A stretch of DNA of 64,000 nucleotides from Cyanophyceae cyanobacterium (GCA_050331735.1 JBHJGN010000018.1:1-64000); one strand, 5' to 3'. Numbered from the stretch's first letter, positions 50,782 through 61,213 are shown. Notes: generated from the sequence alone by a model not told the origin. Made by a program: numbers and translations.

Positions 50782-51507
50782 ATGACCTTCGTTAAATCGC
50801 CGCTGATCGGTCTCACTACCTACTCCCAAGCACAAACGGGAAGATTTTACGTGCCTGGACTATACGTGGAAGCAGTCCACCAAGCTGGAGGAACACCGTT
50901 GTTGCTACCGCCTGTTCCTACCGATCCTACCTGGTTGCTGACACCGCTGGATGGCTTGGTTTTGATTGGTGGAGGCGATATCGATCCTCAGTTTTATCGC
51001 GGAGCCTTTCATCCGTCTGTATACAATGTCGATCCCCGACGGGATCAGTTTGAGCTGGAGCTCGTACAGACAGCCCTAGAACATCAAATTCCTCTGCTGG
51101 GGATCTGCCGAGGACTAGAAATTATTGTCGTTGCTGAAGGAGGCGACCTCATTCCTCACGTTCCCGAACACTCTACCACCGTCGTTCATCGGACAGAAGC
51201 TTCACCATCGGCTCAACACGCGGTAGAGATTGTCCCGTCTAGTCAACTCGCTCAAGTGATGGGAGTAACGGCCACAACCGTTGTTTCTATTCATCATCAA
51301 GCCACGCAAACTGTTCCGCCGAGGTGGCGCGCTGTGGCTCGGGCTGAAGATGGGATCATTGAAGCCCTCGAACATGAGTCTCACCCCTTTGCCCTCGCCG
51401 TGCAGTGGCACCCAGAACTGTCCCTCGACAATCTGGCCCATTTACAGCTTTTCCAGGGATTAGTTCAGGCTGCTCAAGGTTCTTGCCCTAAAAAGCAAGC
51501 CGCCTGA
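50782..51507 (+). CDS. Gamma-glutamyl-GABA hydrolase family (peptidase C26, PuuD-like)
   Basis: LDGLVLIGGGDIDP, RDQFE, LGICRG nucleophile, SIHHQA, AVQWHPE. Confidence 0.9.
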   Translation: MTFVKSPLIGLTTYSQAQTGRFYVPGLYVEAVHQAGGTPLLLPPVPTDPTWLLTPLDGLVLIGGGDIDPQFYRGAFHPSVYNVDPRRDQFELELVQTALEHQIPLLGICRGLEIIVVAEGGDLIPHVPEHSTTVVHRTEASPSAQHAVEIVPSSQLAQVMGVTATTVVSIHHQATQTVPPRWRAVARAEDGIIEALEHESHPFALAVQWHPELSLDNLAHLQLFQGLVQAAQGSCPKKQAA

Positions 51508-51544
51508 TCGAAGAGCGGCTTGCTCCAGGTCAGCGTGACACTAC

Positions 51545-51708
51545 CAAAGAGCGTCGCAGTGCTCCGCCTATACCGCGCAGCGCTCACCTGGCTGCCGGAG
51601 GTGTAGCGGCGGGATACGCCGTGGTAATGCTTAGCGAGGGGTTAAGGGTCTCCCTAGCGACCGAAGAATCTCCTCTCTGTACCCGTCGGGTCAGAGGGGG
51701 AGCATCAA
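51545..51708 (+). mobile_element. Non-autonomous IS200/IS605-family miniature element (PATE-like) with omega-RNA-like interior
   Basis: Target CTAC before left end; guide AGTG then CTCCG..CGGAG hairpin. Right-end guide GAAT, hairpin CTCCTCTCTG..CAGAGGGGGAG, terminal TCAA. Confidence 0.82.
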
Positions 51709-51767
51709 AAACCCGTTCTTTTGTCATAAGCTAAAAGGGCGATGTTTAACCAAACTCAAGGAAAACC

Positions 51768-53192
51768 GTGCAGTTAGCTGACTACGATCTAGCAGATTTC
51801 TATGATGAGTACTTTGTCGCCCCTGGAAAATCTCGACCGGAAGTGGCGGCGATCGCTCGATGGTTGCAGACGTTATCTCCTCAAGAATTAGTGCGTCATG
51901 AAGAGGCGGCTCAACAAACATTAACAGAGCTGGGCGCAACTTTTATTGTCGATGGAACCAAAAGAACGCTCCCCTTTGATATCTTGCCGAGAGTGATCGC
52001 AGCTTCTGAATGGCAGCAGCTTCAGCTCGGCCTGAAACAGCGAGTTAAGGCTCTCAATTCTTTCTGTGCCGATATCTACGGCGAACAGCGTATCCTTCGG
52101 GACGGTAAAGTTCCCAGAGAAATCATTGAGTCCGCAACGGGTTTTCTCCCCAACTGTCGAGGAATGAAACCGCCTCGGGGAATTTGGTGTCACGTCAGCG
52201 GGATCGACCTCGTTCGCAATCAGGAGGGACAGTGGTATGTGTTAGAAGATAACCTGCGCGTTCCTTCTGGGGTAGCCTATGCGCTTAAAAATCGTCAGGT
52301 TCTTCAGAGTACTTTGCCACAGCTTGTCGAGCAATTTACCCTAGAACCGGTTGAGTACTATGCCCAACAACTGCTTCAGTCTCTTCTCAATTCTGCTCCT
52401 GCTGGCATTAGCGAGCCGACAATGGCGGTGCTGTCGCCAGGACCACAAGAAACAGCTTATTTCGAGCACGCTTTTTTGGCTGAGTCGATCGGCATCGCTT
52501 TAGTAGAGCCCGAGGATTTGACGATTGCAGATGGATATCTACATAGATTGACGGCGGATGGTCCGCAACGCATAGATATTATTTATCGGCGAGGAGATGT
52601 TGATTTACTGGATGCTCTGCACTTGGGCGACCAATATGCTTCCGGGTCTTCGGCATTAATTGAGCTTTGTCAACAGGGACGGCTGACCCTCGCTAACGCG
52701 ATGGGAACGGGAGTCGCCGATGATAAAGTGGTCTATGCCTACGTTCCCGAAATCATTCGCTATTACCTCGGAGAAGAGCCGCGTCTGCCCAACGTACCTA
52801 CCTATCTGTGCTGGCAGTCTGAAGACCGCAACTATGTGCTAGAACACCTCGATCAGTTAGTGGTCAAATCAGCTAGCGAATACGGTGGCAGCGGCATGCT
52901 TGTTGGTCCGAGCGCCAGTCAAGCGGAACGAGACTCGTTTGCCGACAAGATCCGCTCCCAGCCTCGTAACTACATAGCGCAGCCAACGCTCTCTTTATCT
53001 AGAATCCCAACGGTCGTTGACGGTCGTTTAGAAGGACGACACGTTGATTTAAGGCCCTACGTCGTCAGTCGAGCCGAAGATATTTATGTTTATCCAGGAG
53101 GCTTGACGCGGGTTGCCCTAGAAAAAGGGTCTTTAGTCGTCAATTCTTCTCGAGGCGGCGGCACTAAAGATACTTGGGTGCTAGCTGAATAA
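51768..53192 (+). CDS. Circularly permuted type 2 ATP-grasp protein
   Basis: FYDEY, LPFDILPR, GIDLVR, VLEDNLRVPSG, AYFEHAFLA, GVADDK, RHVDLRPY, GGLTRVAL, VVNSSRGGGTKDTWV. Confidence 0.93.
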   Translation: MQLADYDLADFYDEYFVAPGKSRPEVAAIARWLQTLSPQELVRHEEAAQQTLTELGATFIVDGTKRTLPFDILPRVIAASEWQQLQLGLKQRVKALNSFCADIYGEQRILRDGKVPREIIESATGFLPNCRGMKPPRGIWCHVSGIDLVRNQEGQWYVLEDNLRVPSGVAYALKNRQVLQSTLPQLVEQFTLEPVEYYAQQLLQSLLNSAPAGISEPTMAVLSPGPQETAYFEHAFLAESIGIALVEPEDLTIADGYLHRLTADGPQRIDIIYRRGDVDLLDALHLGDQYASGSSALIELCQQGRLTLANAMGTGVADDKVVYAYVPEIIRYYLGEEPRLPNVPTYLCWQSEDRNYVLEHLDQLVVKSASEYGGSGMLVGPSASQAERDSFADKIRSQPRNYIAQPTLSLSRIPTVVDGRLEGRHVDLRPYVVSRAEDIYVYPGGLTRVALEKGSLVVNSSRGGGTKDTWVLAE

Positions 53193-53481
53193 TGGTATTT
53201 TTGACCGTGAAGAATAGTTTTAGGAGGCTGTTTTTTGTTGATGGCTCATGGTTGATTGTTAATCGTCCGAAAAAATAGGTCAAATCTTTCTCACCAGTTA
53301 TTTTCTGCAATCTTCCTTTCCCCAAGACATCAACTTACATAGCAGCTAAACAGAAAGAAATGATAGATTCATGGCTGACAGGATTATTAGCGAGCCGTCC
53401 TGCGATGAGAGCCCTCTTCGGCATGTCTTGAGGATAATAAACCATAAACAATCAATAGCAAGCCAGTAGGCGATCGCTTTT

Positions 53482-54012
53482 TCACAGCCGATAGGTTGTC
53501 AGAGCGTTTTGAATCGCCTGCCGCTGTTCGCTGTCGTAGCCCCAACGCTGTAGAAAGGCTTGGTAGTCGCCTGATTCGGTAGCCAGACTTTCTTGCAATT
53601 GCTTTAGCTGACTGGAAACGGGGGTGAGCTTTAGCTGTTCGATGAGTGTGGCTGTTCGTCGAGTGACTCTGCGGGAGCTATGCTCCATAGATTCGTTGTG
53701 GTTCCGTCGATGCGTTACCGCCATAGCTGCTGACATCGCCACGTTTTTAACCAGCAAATCGCTAACGATAGCTGGCGAAGTCTGCAAGGCCCGGATAATG
53801 GCCTGGGGAGGAGAATCCGCCAAGGAACGCTCATCTGTAAGATACGTTACAAAGAAGCCTCTCGCCCCATTTTCACGCTTGACTAGGGCGCTGACTATTG
53901 CCTCGATTTCTGCCTCGTTCAGTTGGTTGGCGGCAATTTGAGCAAGCAACGTCTGAGTGAGGGCGATCGCTTCTGGAAACGTAACGGACTTGGGAATGCT
54001 GAGCGGGGTCAT
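53482..54012 (-). CDS. Conserved cyanobacterial hypothetical protein
   Basis: TFPEAI, NGARGFFVTYLT, LLVKNVAMSAAM, FLQRWGYD. Confidence 0.8.
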   Translation of the reverse strand: MTPLSIPKSVTFPEAIALTQTLLAQIAANQLNEAEIEAIVSALVKRENGARGFFVTYLTDERSLADSPPQAIIRALQTSPAIVSDLLVKNVAMSAAMAVTHRRNHNESMEHSSRRVTRRTATLIEQLKLTPVSSQLKQLQESLATESGDYQAFLQRWGYDSEQRQAIQNALTTYRL

Positions 54013-54248
54013 GGCTGTCTTTTCTCTTTAGTCGTTGATCAAGCTTATCCCACGGCTAGAGAACCGCCAAGCGGTTGTCTCTCTGTCAATGGACAGATAA
54101 GCGGATCAGTCAGTATTGAGCCCAAAGACGGAGCTAGCGTAGTCTGAGAATTCAACAACTGGAGGATGACTGAGTAGAACGGGATTAAGTAATAATTTAA
54201 TTTAGCAGATAAAAACTTAATGCTTCTTAATCAATTAGAGCTAATTTT

Positions 54249-55271
54249 GTGAGCGACTCTCTAACCGTTAATGTTAGTTTATTCGTGCTAGCCGCTGTCG
54301 TAGTTGCTGTAGCTGGCACCAGACTCGCCGCCGTAGCGAATCGTCTCGCCGCCGTAACGGGATTAGGCGAGGCCGTTGTTGGGGCTCTCTTTCTTGGCGG
54401 CAGTACTTCTCTACCGGGAATTGTGACTTCAATTGTGGCCGCTACTAATGGCCATCCAGATTTGGCTGTCAGTAATGCCCTCGGAGGGATTGCAGCCCAA
54501 ACCGCTTTCCTCGGCATTGCCGATGTCGTTTACCGACGGGCTAATCTAGAACACGCGGCTGCTTCCCTGGCCACCATTGTCCAAGGGACGATGCTAATTG
54601 CGCTGCTGGCGATGCCCTTAATGGCTATGGCGGCGCCTGCTGTGGCACTGCTTGATGTTCATCCCGCTTCGGTTCTGATTCCCCTGGGGTATATTTTTGG
54701 CTTACGTCTCAGTTCGGACGTGCGTGATTTCCCCATGTGGAAACCTCAATATACTAAGGAAACAGCCGTTGAAGAGGACGAAGACAACGGTAGCGGAGAC
54801 AAATTAGCCAAGCTAGGGCCGATTTTCGGAGTCTTGGCGGTCGTGATTGGGGGGGCTGGGTATTTAATCGCCCAAACAGGCATCAAAATTGCTAATCAAA
54901 CCGGATTTTCAGAAACCTTTGTGGGTGGATTGTTCACCGCTATCTCTACCTCGTTGCCAGAACTCGTGACTTCAGTGGCGGCTGTGAAGCAAGGAGCATT
55001 GACGCTCGCTGTTAGCGGCATTATCGGAGGAAATACGTTCGATGTGCTGCTGATTTCTCTGTCTGATTTAGCGTATCGTCAAGGTTCAATTTACCAAGCT
55101 TTGACGCAACAGCAAATTTTTGTTGTTTCCCTGACAATTCTGATGACGGGTATTTTATTGCTCGGGCTGCTGCGTCGGGAGAAATACGGCATTGGCAAAA
55201 TTGGCTTTGAAAGTTTCTTGATTTTAGTTCTCTATCTGAGCGGATTTTCGCTGCTGTTTTGGTGGAAGTAA
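54249..55271 (+). CDS. Sodium:calcium antiporter family (CaCA) protein
   Basis: Two alpha-repeats STSLPGIVTS and STSLPELVTS..IIGGN; ~10 TM helices. Confidence 0.9.
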   Translation: MSDSLTVNVSLFVLAAVVVAVAGTRLAAVANRLAAVTGLGEAVVGALFLGGSTSLPGIVTSIVAATNGHPDLAVSNALGGIAAQTAFLGIADVVYRRANLEHAAASLATIVQGTMLIALLAMPLMAMAAPAVALLDVHPASVLIPLGYIFGLRLSSDVRDFPMWKPQYTKETAVEEDEDNGSGDKLAKLGPIFGVLAVVIGGAGYLIAQTGIKIANQTGFSETFVGGLFTAISTSLPELVTSVAAVKQGALTLAVSGIIGGNTFDVLLISLSDLAYRQGSIYQALTQQQIFVVSLTILMTGILLLGLLRREKYGIGKIGFESFLILVLYLSGFSLLFWWK

Positions 55272-55317
55272 ATTGCTCTTGTCATCGAGTCTCGGTCGAG
55301 CTAAAGCAGTTTGCATT

Positions 55318-56118
55318 TTACTGAAACGTCAGAAATCTTCTTAAGGCAGACACCATCTGCGGGGGCCAGCGGCGAGTTTTTTCGACCCACTCTAAATCCT
55401 GATAGCGATGATCGATACCCATAGCGGCGACCCAGTTACTCTCTGCTTCTCCCTGATTTCCCTGGGTCCACAGCACAGCCGTCAGCGCCGCCCGCATATC
55501 GGGGAACATCGGATATTTTCTCACTAAGTTTCGCATAGTGCGGAGAGCTTCCTCTTGTTCTCCGACCTGATAAAGCGCAAGGGCGGCGTTCGCGCGAGCG
55601 ATCGCAAACTGGGGCGCTAAATCAGCCGCTTTTTGGTAATCGGCGATCGCCTCTTGCCAGCATCCCTGTCCCGCTCTGGCATTGCCTCGGTTATTGTAGG
55701 CCATGGCATCTTCTCCATCAATTTGCAGCACCCGATTGTAGTCAGCGATCGCCTCTTCGTAACGTCCCTGCCCTTCATAGGCAATGCCTCGATTGAGATA
55801 GGGATCGGGAGCATCCGGGGCTAGCTCAATGGCTTGCTCAAAGTCAGCGATCGCCTCTGCTAGTTTATTTTGGCTAATGCGAGCGTTGCCTCGGTTACTC
55901 CAAACAGCAGGGTTACTGGGGAACTGTTCAATCAGCTGCGTCCAGTACTGCTCCGCTGTTGTAAAATCCCCTTTCTCTGTTGCTTCAAAAGCACGCTGGG
56001 CTAGCTTATCTCCCCGCTGTAGCTGTTCTTCGGTGATGGTATTGGGCTGTGCGTATGCAGTGGGCATCGATACGAAGATCAACAACACGCACAATAAACG
56101 GATTATCCAGCGAATCAT
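55318..56118 (-). CDS. Tetratricopeptide repeat protein
   Basis: Signal peptide; repeated WSNRGNA / YLNRGIA / YNNRGNA..AIADY TPR motifs. Confidence 0.92.
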   Translation of the reverse strand: MIRWIIRLLCVLLIFVSMPTAYAQPNTITEEQLQRGDKLAQRAFEATEKGDFTTAEQYWTQLIEQFPSNPAVWSNRGNARISQNKLAEAIADFEQAIELAPDAPDPYLNRGIAYEGQGRYEEAIADYNRVLQIDGEDAMAYNNRGNARAGQGCWQEAIADYQKAADLAPQFAIARANAALALYQVGEQEEALRTMRNLVRKYPMFPDMRAALTAVLWTQGNQGEAESNWVAAMGIDHRYQDLEWVEKTRRWPPQMVSALRRFLTFQ

Positions 56119-56195
56119 GAGGGTTATCTTTAGTATTTATTCCCTATCTATTGTGGTTCAAAATCTCGGAAGCAATGCAAATTCCCCCTTTTCCC

Positions 56196-56723
56196 TCAAT
56201 GCTTCTGTTGCAGATATTGCTGATAACCGAGCTGCTCTAGCTGTGCTTGCTTCGTCACCACCGACTGCCCTAGGTCTTGACGATACTGCTGGACCTTCTT
56301 AAGCAGTTTCGGTTGATGAGCGGCCAGCATTTGCACCGCCAGTAACCCTGCATTGTTGGCGTTGCCAATGGCAACGGTGGCCACGGGAATTCCTCTTGGC
56401 ATTTGCACAATGGAATAAAGAGAATCGACTCCGCTGAGATGCCGAGTCGCTACGGGAACGCCAATGACGGGAAGTGGGGTGAGCGAGGCTACCATTCCGG
56501 GCAAATGGGCCGCTCCTCCGGCTCCGGCAATAATGACCTTCAGTCCTCGCTGATGCGCTGTCTGGGCGTACTGAACCATTCGCTCTGGAGTGCGGTGAGC
56601 AGAAACAATGGCCACTTCATGGGCCACCGCAAAGTCTTCACAAACGGCGATCGCTGCCTGCATCGTGGGCAGGTCGGAGTCGCTCCCCATAATAATGCCA
56701 ACTAAAACATTTGTTTGGGTCAT
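56196..56723 (-). CDS. purE: N5-carboxyaminoimidazole ribonucleotide mutase
   Basis: [42 protein letters not shown]. Confidence 0.97.
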   Translation of the reverse strand: MTQTNVLVGIIMGSDSDLPTMQAAIAVCEDFAVAHEVAIVSAHRTPERMVQYAQTAHQRGLKVIIAGAGGAAHLPGMVASLTPLPVIGVPVATRHLSGVDSLYSIVQMPRGIPVATVAIGNANNAGLLAVQMLAAHQPKLLKKVQQYRQDLGQSVVTKQAQLEQLGYQQYLQQKH

Positions 56724-56939
56724 TAATTATCGTCAGAAAATCGATTTTTGCTTGTTGAATTTTAACAATGATGGTATTCTATTTAAGACAGGATTCTTCA
56801 AAATCGAAATATAAAAACCTTCAAAAAAAGTTAAATTATTGGCATTATAAAATAATTTTATCATAAACTTGAAAGCAAGCCAAGCTTTCAACATTAGCCT
56901 TTTTTGTGTCTTTGCCTACTCCCAAAAAGCTAACGATTA

Positions 56940-58091
56940 ATGTGTGCTCTAGATATTATTAATGCTCGCTTACCGCACTATGAAGGTTTGCAACAAATTA
57001 AGATTAACGATCAGGGAATCATTGAGACTATCAAGCCATTTAATCCGGCATCTGGAGCGGAAATAGCTGCGTTAGACGTATCAGGAGACTGGCTTTCTTT
57101 GGGAGGCATCGATCTACAAATTAACGGAGGTTTAGGATTAGCGTTTCCAGATTTAGAAGAACGTCATCTGCCGATGCTGGCCAAAATCTGCGAGTTCCTG
57201 TGGCAGCAGGGAGTTGATGGATTTTTACCAACGATTGTAACCACGGCGGCTGATAAAATTCGGCGCTCTCTGTCTACGCTGGCTCAGTTCATGGCAGCTC
57301 AAACATCGGGAGCCAAAGTCTTGGGGGTTCATCTAGAAGGACCATTTCTCAATCCTCAAAAGCGAGGAGCGCATCCAGAAAAATCTTTGTTACCCTTAAC
57401 AATTGATAACCTCAAGCGGGTGTTAGGAGGGTATGCTCAGATTGTCAAAGTCATTACTTTGGCACCCGAACTAGACCCGACCGGAGACGCCATTACTTAT
57501 CTCCGTGCTCTCGGAATGACTGTTAGTCTTGGTCACTCTTTAGCGACCGCCCAAGAAGCAAAACAAGCTTTTGCTCAGGGAGCATCAATGGTTACCCATG
57601 CGTTTAACGCCATGCCTCCCCTGCATCATCGCCAGCCGGGATTACTGGGAGAGGCCATTGTTAGCAATGACGTTTATTGTGGCTTAATTGCTGACGGTCA
57701 GCACGTTCACCCAACGATGCTCACTTTATTACTGCGGGCTAGTCACTATAGTAACGGTATTTTCCTCGTCAGTGACGCTCTTGCTCCCATCGGATTAGCT
57801 GACGGTTTTTACCCCTGGGACGAGCGGCAAATTGAGGTCAGGAACGGGACCGCAAGGCTAGCAGACGGAACTCTAGCAGGAACAACTCTCCCGCTATTAA
57901 CTGGAGTCGAAAACTTGGTGCGGTGGGGATGTGGGGTGGGAGAAGCGATCGCTCTAGCAACCGAATCGCCGAGAAAGGCGATCGGTCTTCCCGGTCTTTC
58001 TCCCGGACAGCTAGCCAAATTTCTGCGCTGGCATTGGGATGAGGAAAAAACAAAGCTAATTTGGCGGCGATGGAGCTCTAATACAAGTTAG
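56940..58091 (+). CDS. nagA: N-acetylglucosamine-6-phosphate deacetylase
   Basis: IDLQING, PTIVT, GVHLEGPF, GAHP, TLAPE, SLGHS, THAFNAM, ADGQH, LVSDA, LAGT. Confidence 0.95.
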   Translation: MCALDIINARLPHYEGLQQIKINDQGIIETIKPFNPASGAEIAALDVSGDWLSLGGIDLQINGGLGLAFPDLEERHLPMLAKICEFLWQQGVDGFLPTIVTTAADKIRRSLSTLAQFMAAQTSGAKVLGVHLEGPFLNPQKRGAHPEKSLLPLTIDNLKRVLGGYAQIVKVITLAPELDPTGDAITYLRALGMTVSLGHSLATAQEAKQAFAQGASMVTHAFNAMPPLHHRQPGLLGEAIVSNDVYCGLIADGQHVHPTMLTLLLRASHYSNGIFLVSDALAPIGLADGFYPWDERQIEVRNGTARLADGTLAGTTLPLLTGVENLVRWGCGVGEAIALATESPRKAIGLPGLSPGQLAKFLRWHWDEEKTKLIWRRWSSNTS

Positions 58092-58180
58092 GGGGCTGCT
58101 GGCTGCTAGAATGTTGCTAAGTTTTAAAGATGCTTTTATAGTAATAGCAAAGAATTAAAGGAGTAAGCACACATTGATTT

Positions 58181-58208
58181 CTAATGATTTCCTTCTAATG
58201 ATTTCCTT
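58181..58208. repeat. 14-bp tandem duplication
   Basis: CTAATGATTTCCTT x2. Confidence 0.7.
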
Positions 58209-58728
58209 GGTTTTTTTAAGCTACCAACTCAAGCCAGGTTGCTTTCTAAATTGTTACAAGGATAGTCGTTTTTCATAGACATAAAAGAATTTCTATTCTT
58301 TTTACTTTTGTCCAGTAAACTAGTGCTCTCCCTTTAAAACTGTAAACATTCTTTACGATTTTAGGAGATTATGTAAAAGATTCAATGTAAACGCTCTAAA
58401 TAAAAGTGCTTTTAACGATAAAAGCACAAGTTTGTAGGGAATTTCTGTTGTACAAAAAGTTAGCTACAGCCTCAAGCTTTTACTTTATGAAAAGCAAAGA
58501 TTTGATCTATTTTCGAAGTCAAAAAAGAATTGAAAGGTGTAAAAAAACAGTATTCATGATTTTAAACAAGCTCTATGTAAGCTTGCCTTTCTAAAGATGT
58601 CGTCGAAATATAAAAAAAATTCTTTTGTTTTTAAGTTTATCAAGATACAAACTGCATTTTTTTGGAAAATTCAATTCTAGAAAGATGTTAGCAAGTTAGG
58701 TATCTAGTACTAGTAATAGGGAGGGCAA

Positions 58729-60111
58729 ATGAAAAGAAGGTTGGGATTGGTTGAACAGGGTTTTACCACTATCGCATTAGTATTGTTCACCGATGGACCA
58801 CTAAGAGTTCTCCTGACTGGAGGTGCAAGCCAAGGGGATGGAAGTGAATCATTAGGCAGTAGTTCGCTGATTCAGCTAGTATTTTTGGTTATTTACACAG
58901 CAGTATGTTGCTTACTAATAAGAAGATGGAAGCAGAGCGTTAATTTACTGCTCCAAGAAAAGTTTATTTTGCTGCTCATAGGTTTGGCTGTCGCTTCCGT
59001 TGCTTGGTCCTATGCTCCTGCCATAACTGTGCGCCGTACTGTCGCTCTTGTTGGCACCACATTGTTTGGTCTCTATTTTGCAACGCGCTACAGTATCAAG
59101 CAGCAACTAAAGTTATTGGGATGGGCACTTGGCATTGCTACAATACTCAGTTTTTTGTTTATTTTATTTCTCCCTAAATATGGAATAATGGGTGGACCAA
59201 TTCATCCAGGAATTTGGCGAGGAATTTATACTCATAAAAATAATCTTGGGAAAGTGATGGTGATAGGCGTCATTGTCTTTTTGATTCTCTCAACAAATTT
59301 TTCAAAGCATCGCTTTGTTCTCTGGTGTGGATTTAGCTTTTCAACCCTTCTCCTAATCTTCTCAACTTCAAAAACTAGCTTAATTATTGGCATCTTATTC
59401 TTACTGTTTTTCTGTCTGTACTATGCCGTACAGCGTCGCTACGGTATTACGCTTCCGCTAGTCGCCGCTCTGATACTTGTGAGTGGAGCTTTCTCTGCCC
59501 AGGTAGCAGCTAAAATATACCTGCCCATTGTTCTATCGGAGACAGGTTCAGCTATTGTCGAAAATCTTCCGGTATTATCAAAGAATGAAAATACAGTCAG
59601 TAGTCAGCCTCGTCAAGAAGAGCAGTCGCCACAGAAAGCTACGCTCGAGAATATTCAAACATTGACGGGAAGAACTAAATTATGGCCGCTGGTGCTGAAC
59701 AGCATTAAAAGACGTCCATGGCTAGGATACGGATACAGCGGGTTCTGGCAAGTTACACAAGAAGGAAAAGAAATTTCTCAGGCGGTTGGTAGCTGGGCAT
59801 CCCATGCTCACAACGGTCTCTTAAATGTTTGGCTCGATCTAGGAATTGTAGGAGTTCTAATATTTCTAGCGAGTTTTACTCTTACCTGTGTCAGGATTCT
59901 CAACCAGTTAGCTAAAAAAGTAACGTTAGAAAATGTTTGGGCCCTATCTTATCTAGCATATATGGTGCTCGCCAATTTAACTCAGACCACTCTACTAGAG
60001 CGAAACAACATATTTTGGCTTCTATACGTGGCGGTGGTATTCTCTGTGCTTCTCAAGGAGAATGACCAGCAATCGCCTCGTATGAATTCATATGCATTCA
60101 GTGAAAGTTAG
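58729..60111 (+). CDS. O-antigen ligase / Wzy-like polysaccharide polymerase
   Basis: Multi-TM; WRGIYTHKNNLG, SKTS, TLTGRT.LW, RPWLGYGYSGFW, HAHNG. Confidence 0.88.
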   Translation: MKRRLGLVEQGFTTIALVLFTDGPLRVLLTGGASQGDGSESLGSSSLIQLVFLVIYTAVCCLLIRRWKQSVNLLLQEKFILLLIGLAVASVAWSYAPAITVRRTVALVGTTLFGLYFATRYSIKQQLKLLGWALGIATILSFLFILFLPKYGIMGGPIHPGIWRGIYTHKNNLGKVMVIGVIVFLILSTNFSKHRFVLWCGFSFSTLLLIFSTSKTSLIIGILFLLFFCLYYAVQRRYGITLPLVAALILVSGAFSAQVAAKIYLPIVLSETGSAIVENLPVLSKNENTVSSQPRQEEQSPQKATLENIQTLTGRTKLWPLVLNSIKRRPWLGYGYSGFWQVTQEGKEISQAVGSWASHAHNGLLNVWLDLGIVGVLIFLASFTLTCVRILNQLAKKVTLENVWALSYLAYMVLANLTQTTLLERNNIFWLLYVAVVFSVLLKENDQQSPRMNSYAFSES

Positions 60112-60169
60112 TCTTAGTACCAAGCAGTGCTCACCCATTAACAATCTCGCTGAGTTAGGTAAAACAGAA

Positions 60170-61213
60170 ATGCCAGAAGAGCAAAAACAAGATCGCGCTA
60201 TAGCTCAATATCTCAAGCTACTTTTTCGCTCGCTCAAAACCTCACCGACAATTACGGGAATGAGAACGGCGTATGAACGAGTTACTCAATCTCCAAACAT
60301 TAATATAATCAACGCGCAGAGGACAAAAACAGCACCATCTCTTGAAGAAGCAATTAGCGCCTTTTCGATGAGATGGCCGGAGGTTGAAAGTCACTTTACT
60401 TCTAATCCCGTTTTTATTTTTTCGGCTGGCTGGAGAGCCGGTTCTACTCTCTTGCAGAGACTAGTAAGTTCTTCAGAAAAAATCGTTATTTGGGGAGAAC
60501 CCTATGGTCATTCGGGTCTAATTGAACACTTATCAAGCCCAATGAGAGTGTTTACTTACCGCTATCCTCGCTCCGACTCGTTTATAGGTGAGGCAGGCGG
60601 GAACAAATTGGCTAATCTAGCGGAAACCTGGATTGCTAACCTCAATCCAGATGCTAAGTATTTTCTGGAGGCTCAAGCAACCTACTTGATTAATCTGTTC
60701 GAGAAACCCGCACAAAGTTACGGCGCCTTAAGGTGGGGAATTAAAGAGGTTCGCTTAACCATTGATCACGCAATTTACCTCAACTGGCTGTTTCCCAACT
60801 CAAAGTTTCTTTTTTTGTATAGAAATCCCTATCGGGCCTATAGCTCGTATCGAGAATTTGGTAAGTTTAACGTCTGGCCCTACGATTATTGGTACAATAC
60901 TTGGCCCGACGACCCTATTGATACACCTAGCCGCTTTGGCCAACATTGGAAAACCCTACTGGAGGGATATCTGTCTGGTTATCAGAAAGTAAGCAGCATG
61001 GTGGTGAAATATGAAGATTTAAGTAGAGGAGAATTAGATTTTAAGGCTTTAGAAGAGTTTTTAGAGATTAAGCTAGATAAAAGTATTCTACAAAATAGGG
61101 TTAAAGGAGCGCCCAAAAGGAAATCTGATGCTTCCTCGATCCAGCTAGAAGAACTTAAAAGTGCAGTGGAGCCTCTAGCAAGTCAGCTTGGGTACGAATA
61201 CCCAACCGCGTAG
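60170..61213 (+). CDS. Sulfotransferase family protein
   Basis: PVFIFSAGWRAGSTLLQR (5'-PSB loop), WGEP, WGIKE, LYRNPYRAYSS (3'-PB), VKYEDL; start uncertain (60092 or 60170). Confidence 0.85.
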   Translation: MPEEQKQDRAIAQYLKLLFRSLKTSPTITGMRTAYERVTQSPNINIINAQRTKTAPSLEEAISAFSMRWPEVESHFTSNPVFIFSAGWRAGSTLLQRLVSSSEKIVIWGEPYGHSGLIEHLSSPMRVFTYRYPRSDSFIGEAGGNKLANLAETWIANLNPDAKYFLEAQATYLINLFEKPAQSYGALRWGIKEVRLTIDHAIYLNWLFPNSKFLFLYRNPYRAYSSYREFGKFNVWPYDYWYNTWPDDPIDTPSRFGQHWKTLLEGYLSGYQKVSSMVVKYEDLSRGELDFKALEEFLEIKLDKSILQNRVKGAPKRKSDASSIQLEELKSAVEPLASQLGYEYPTA

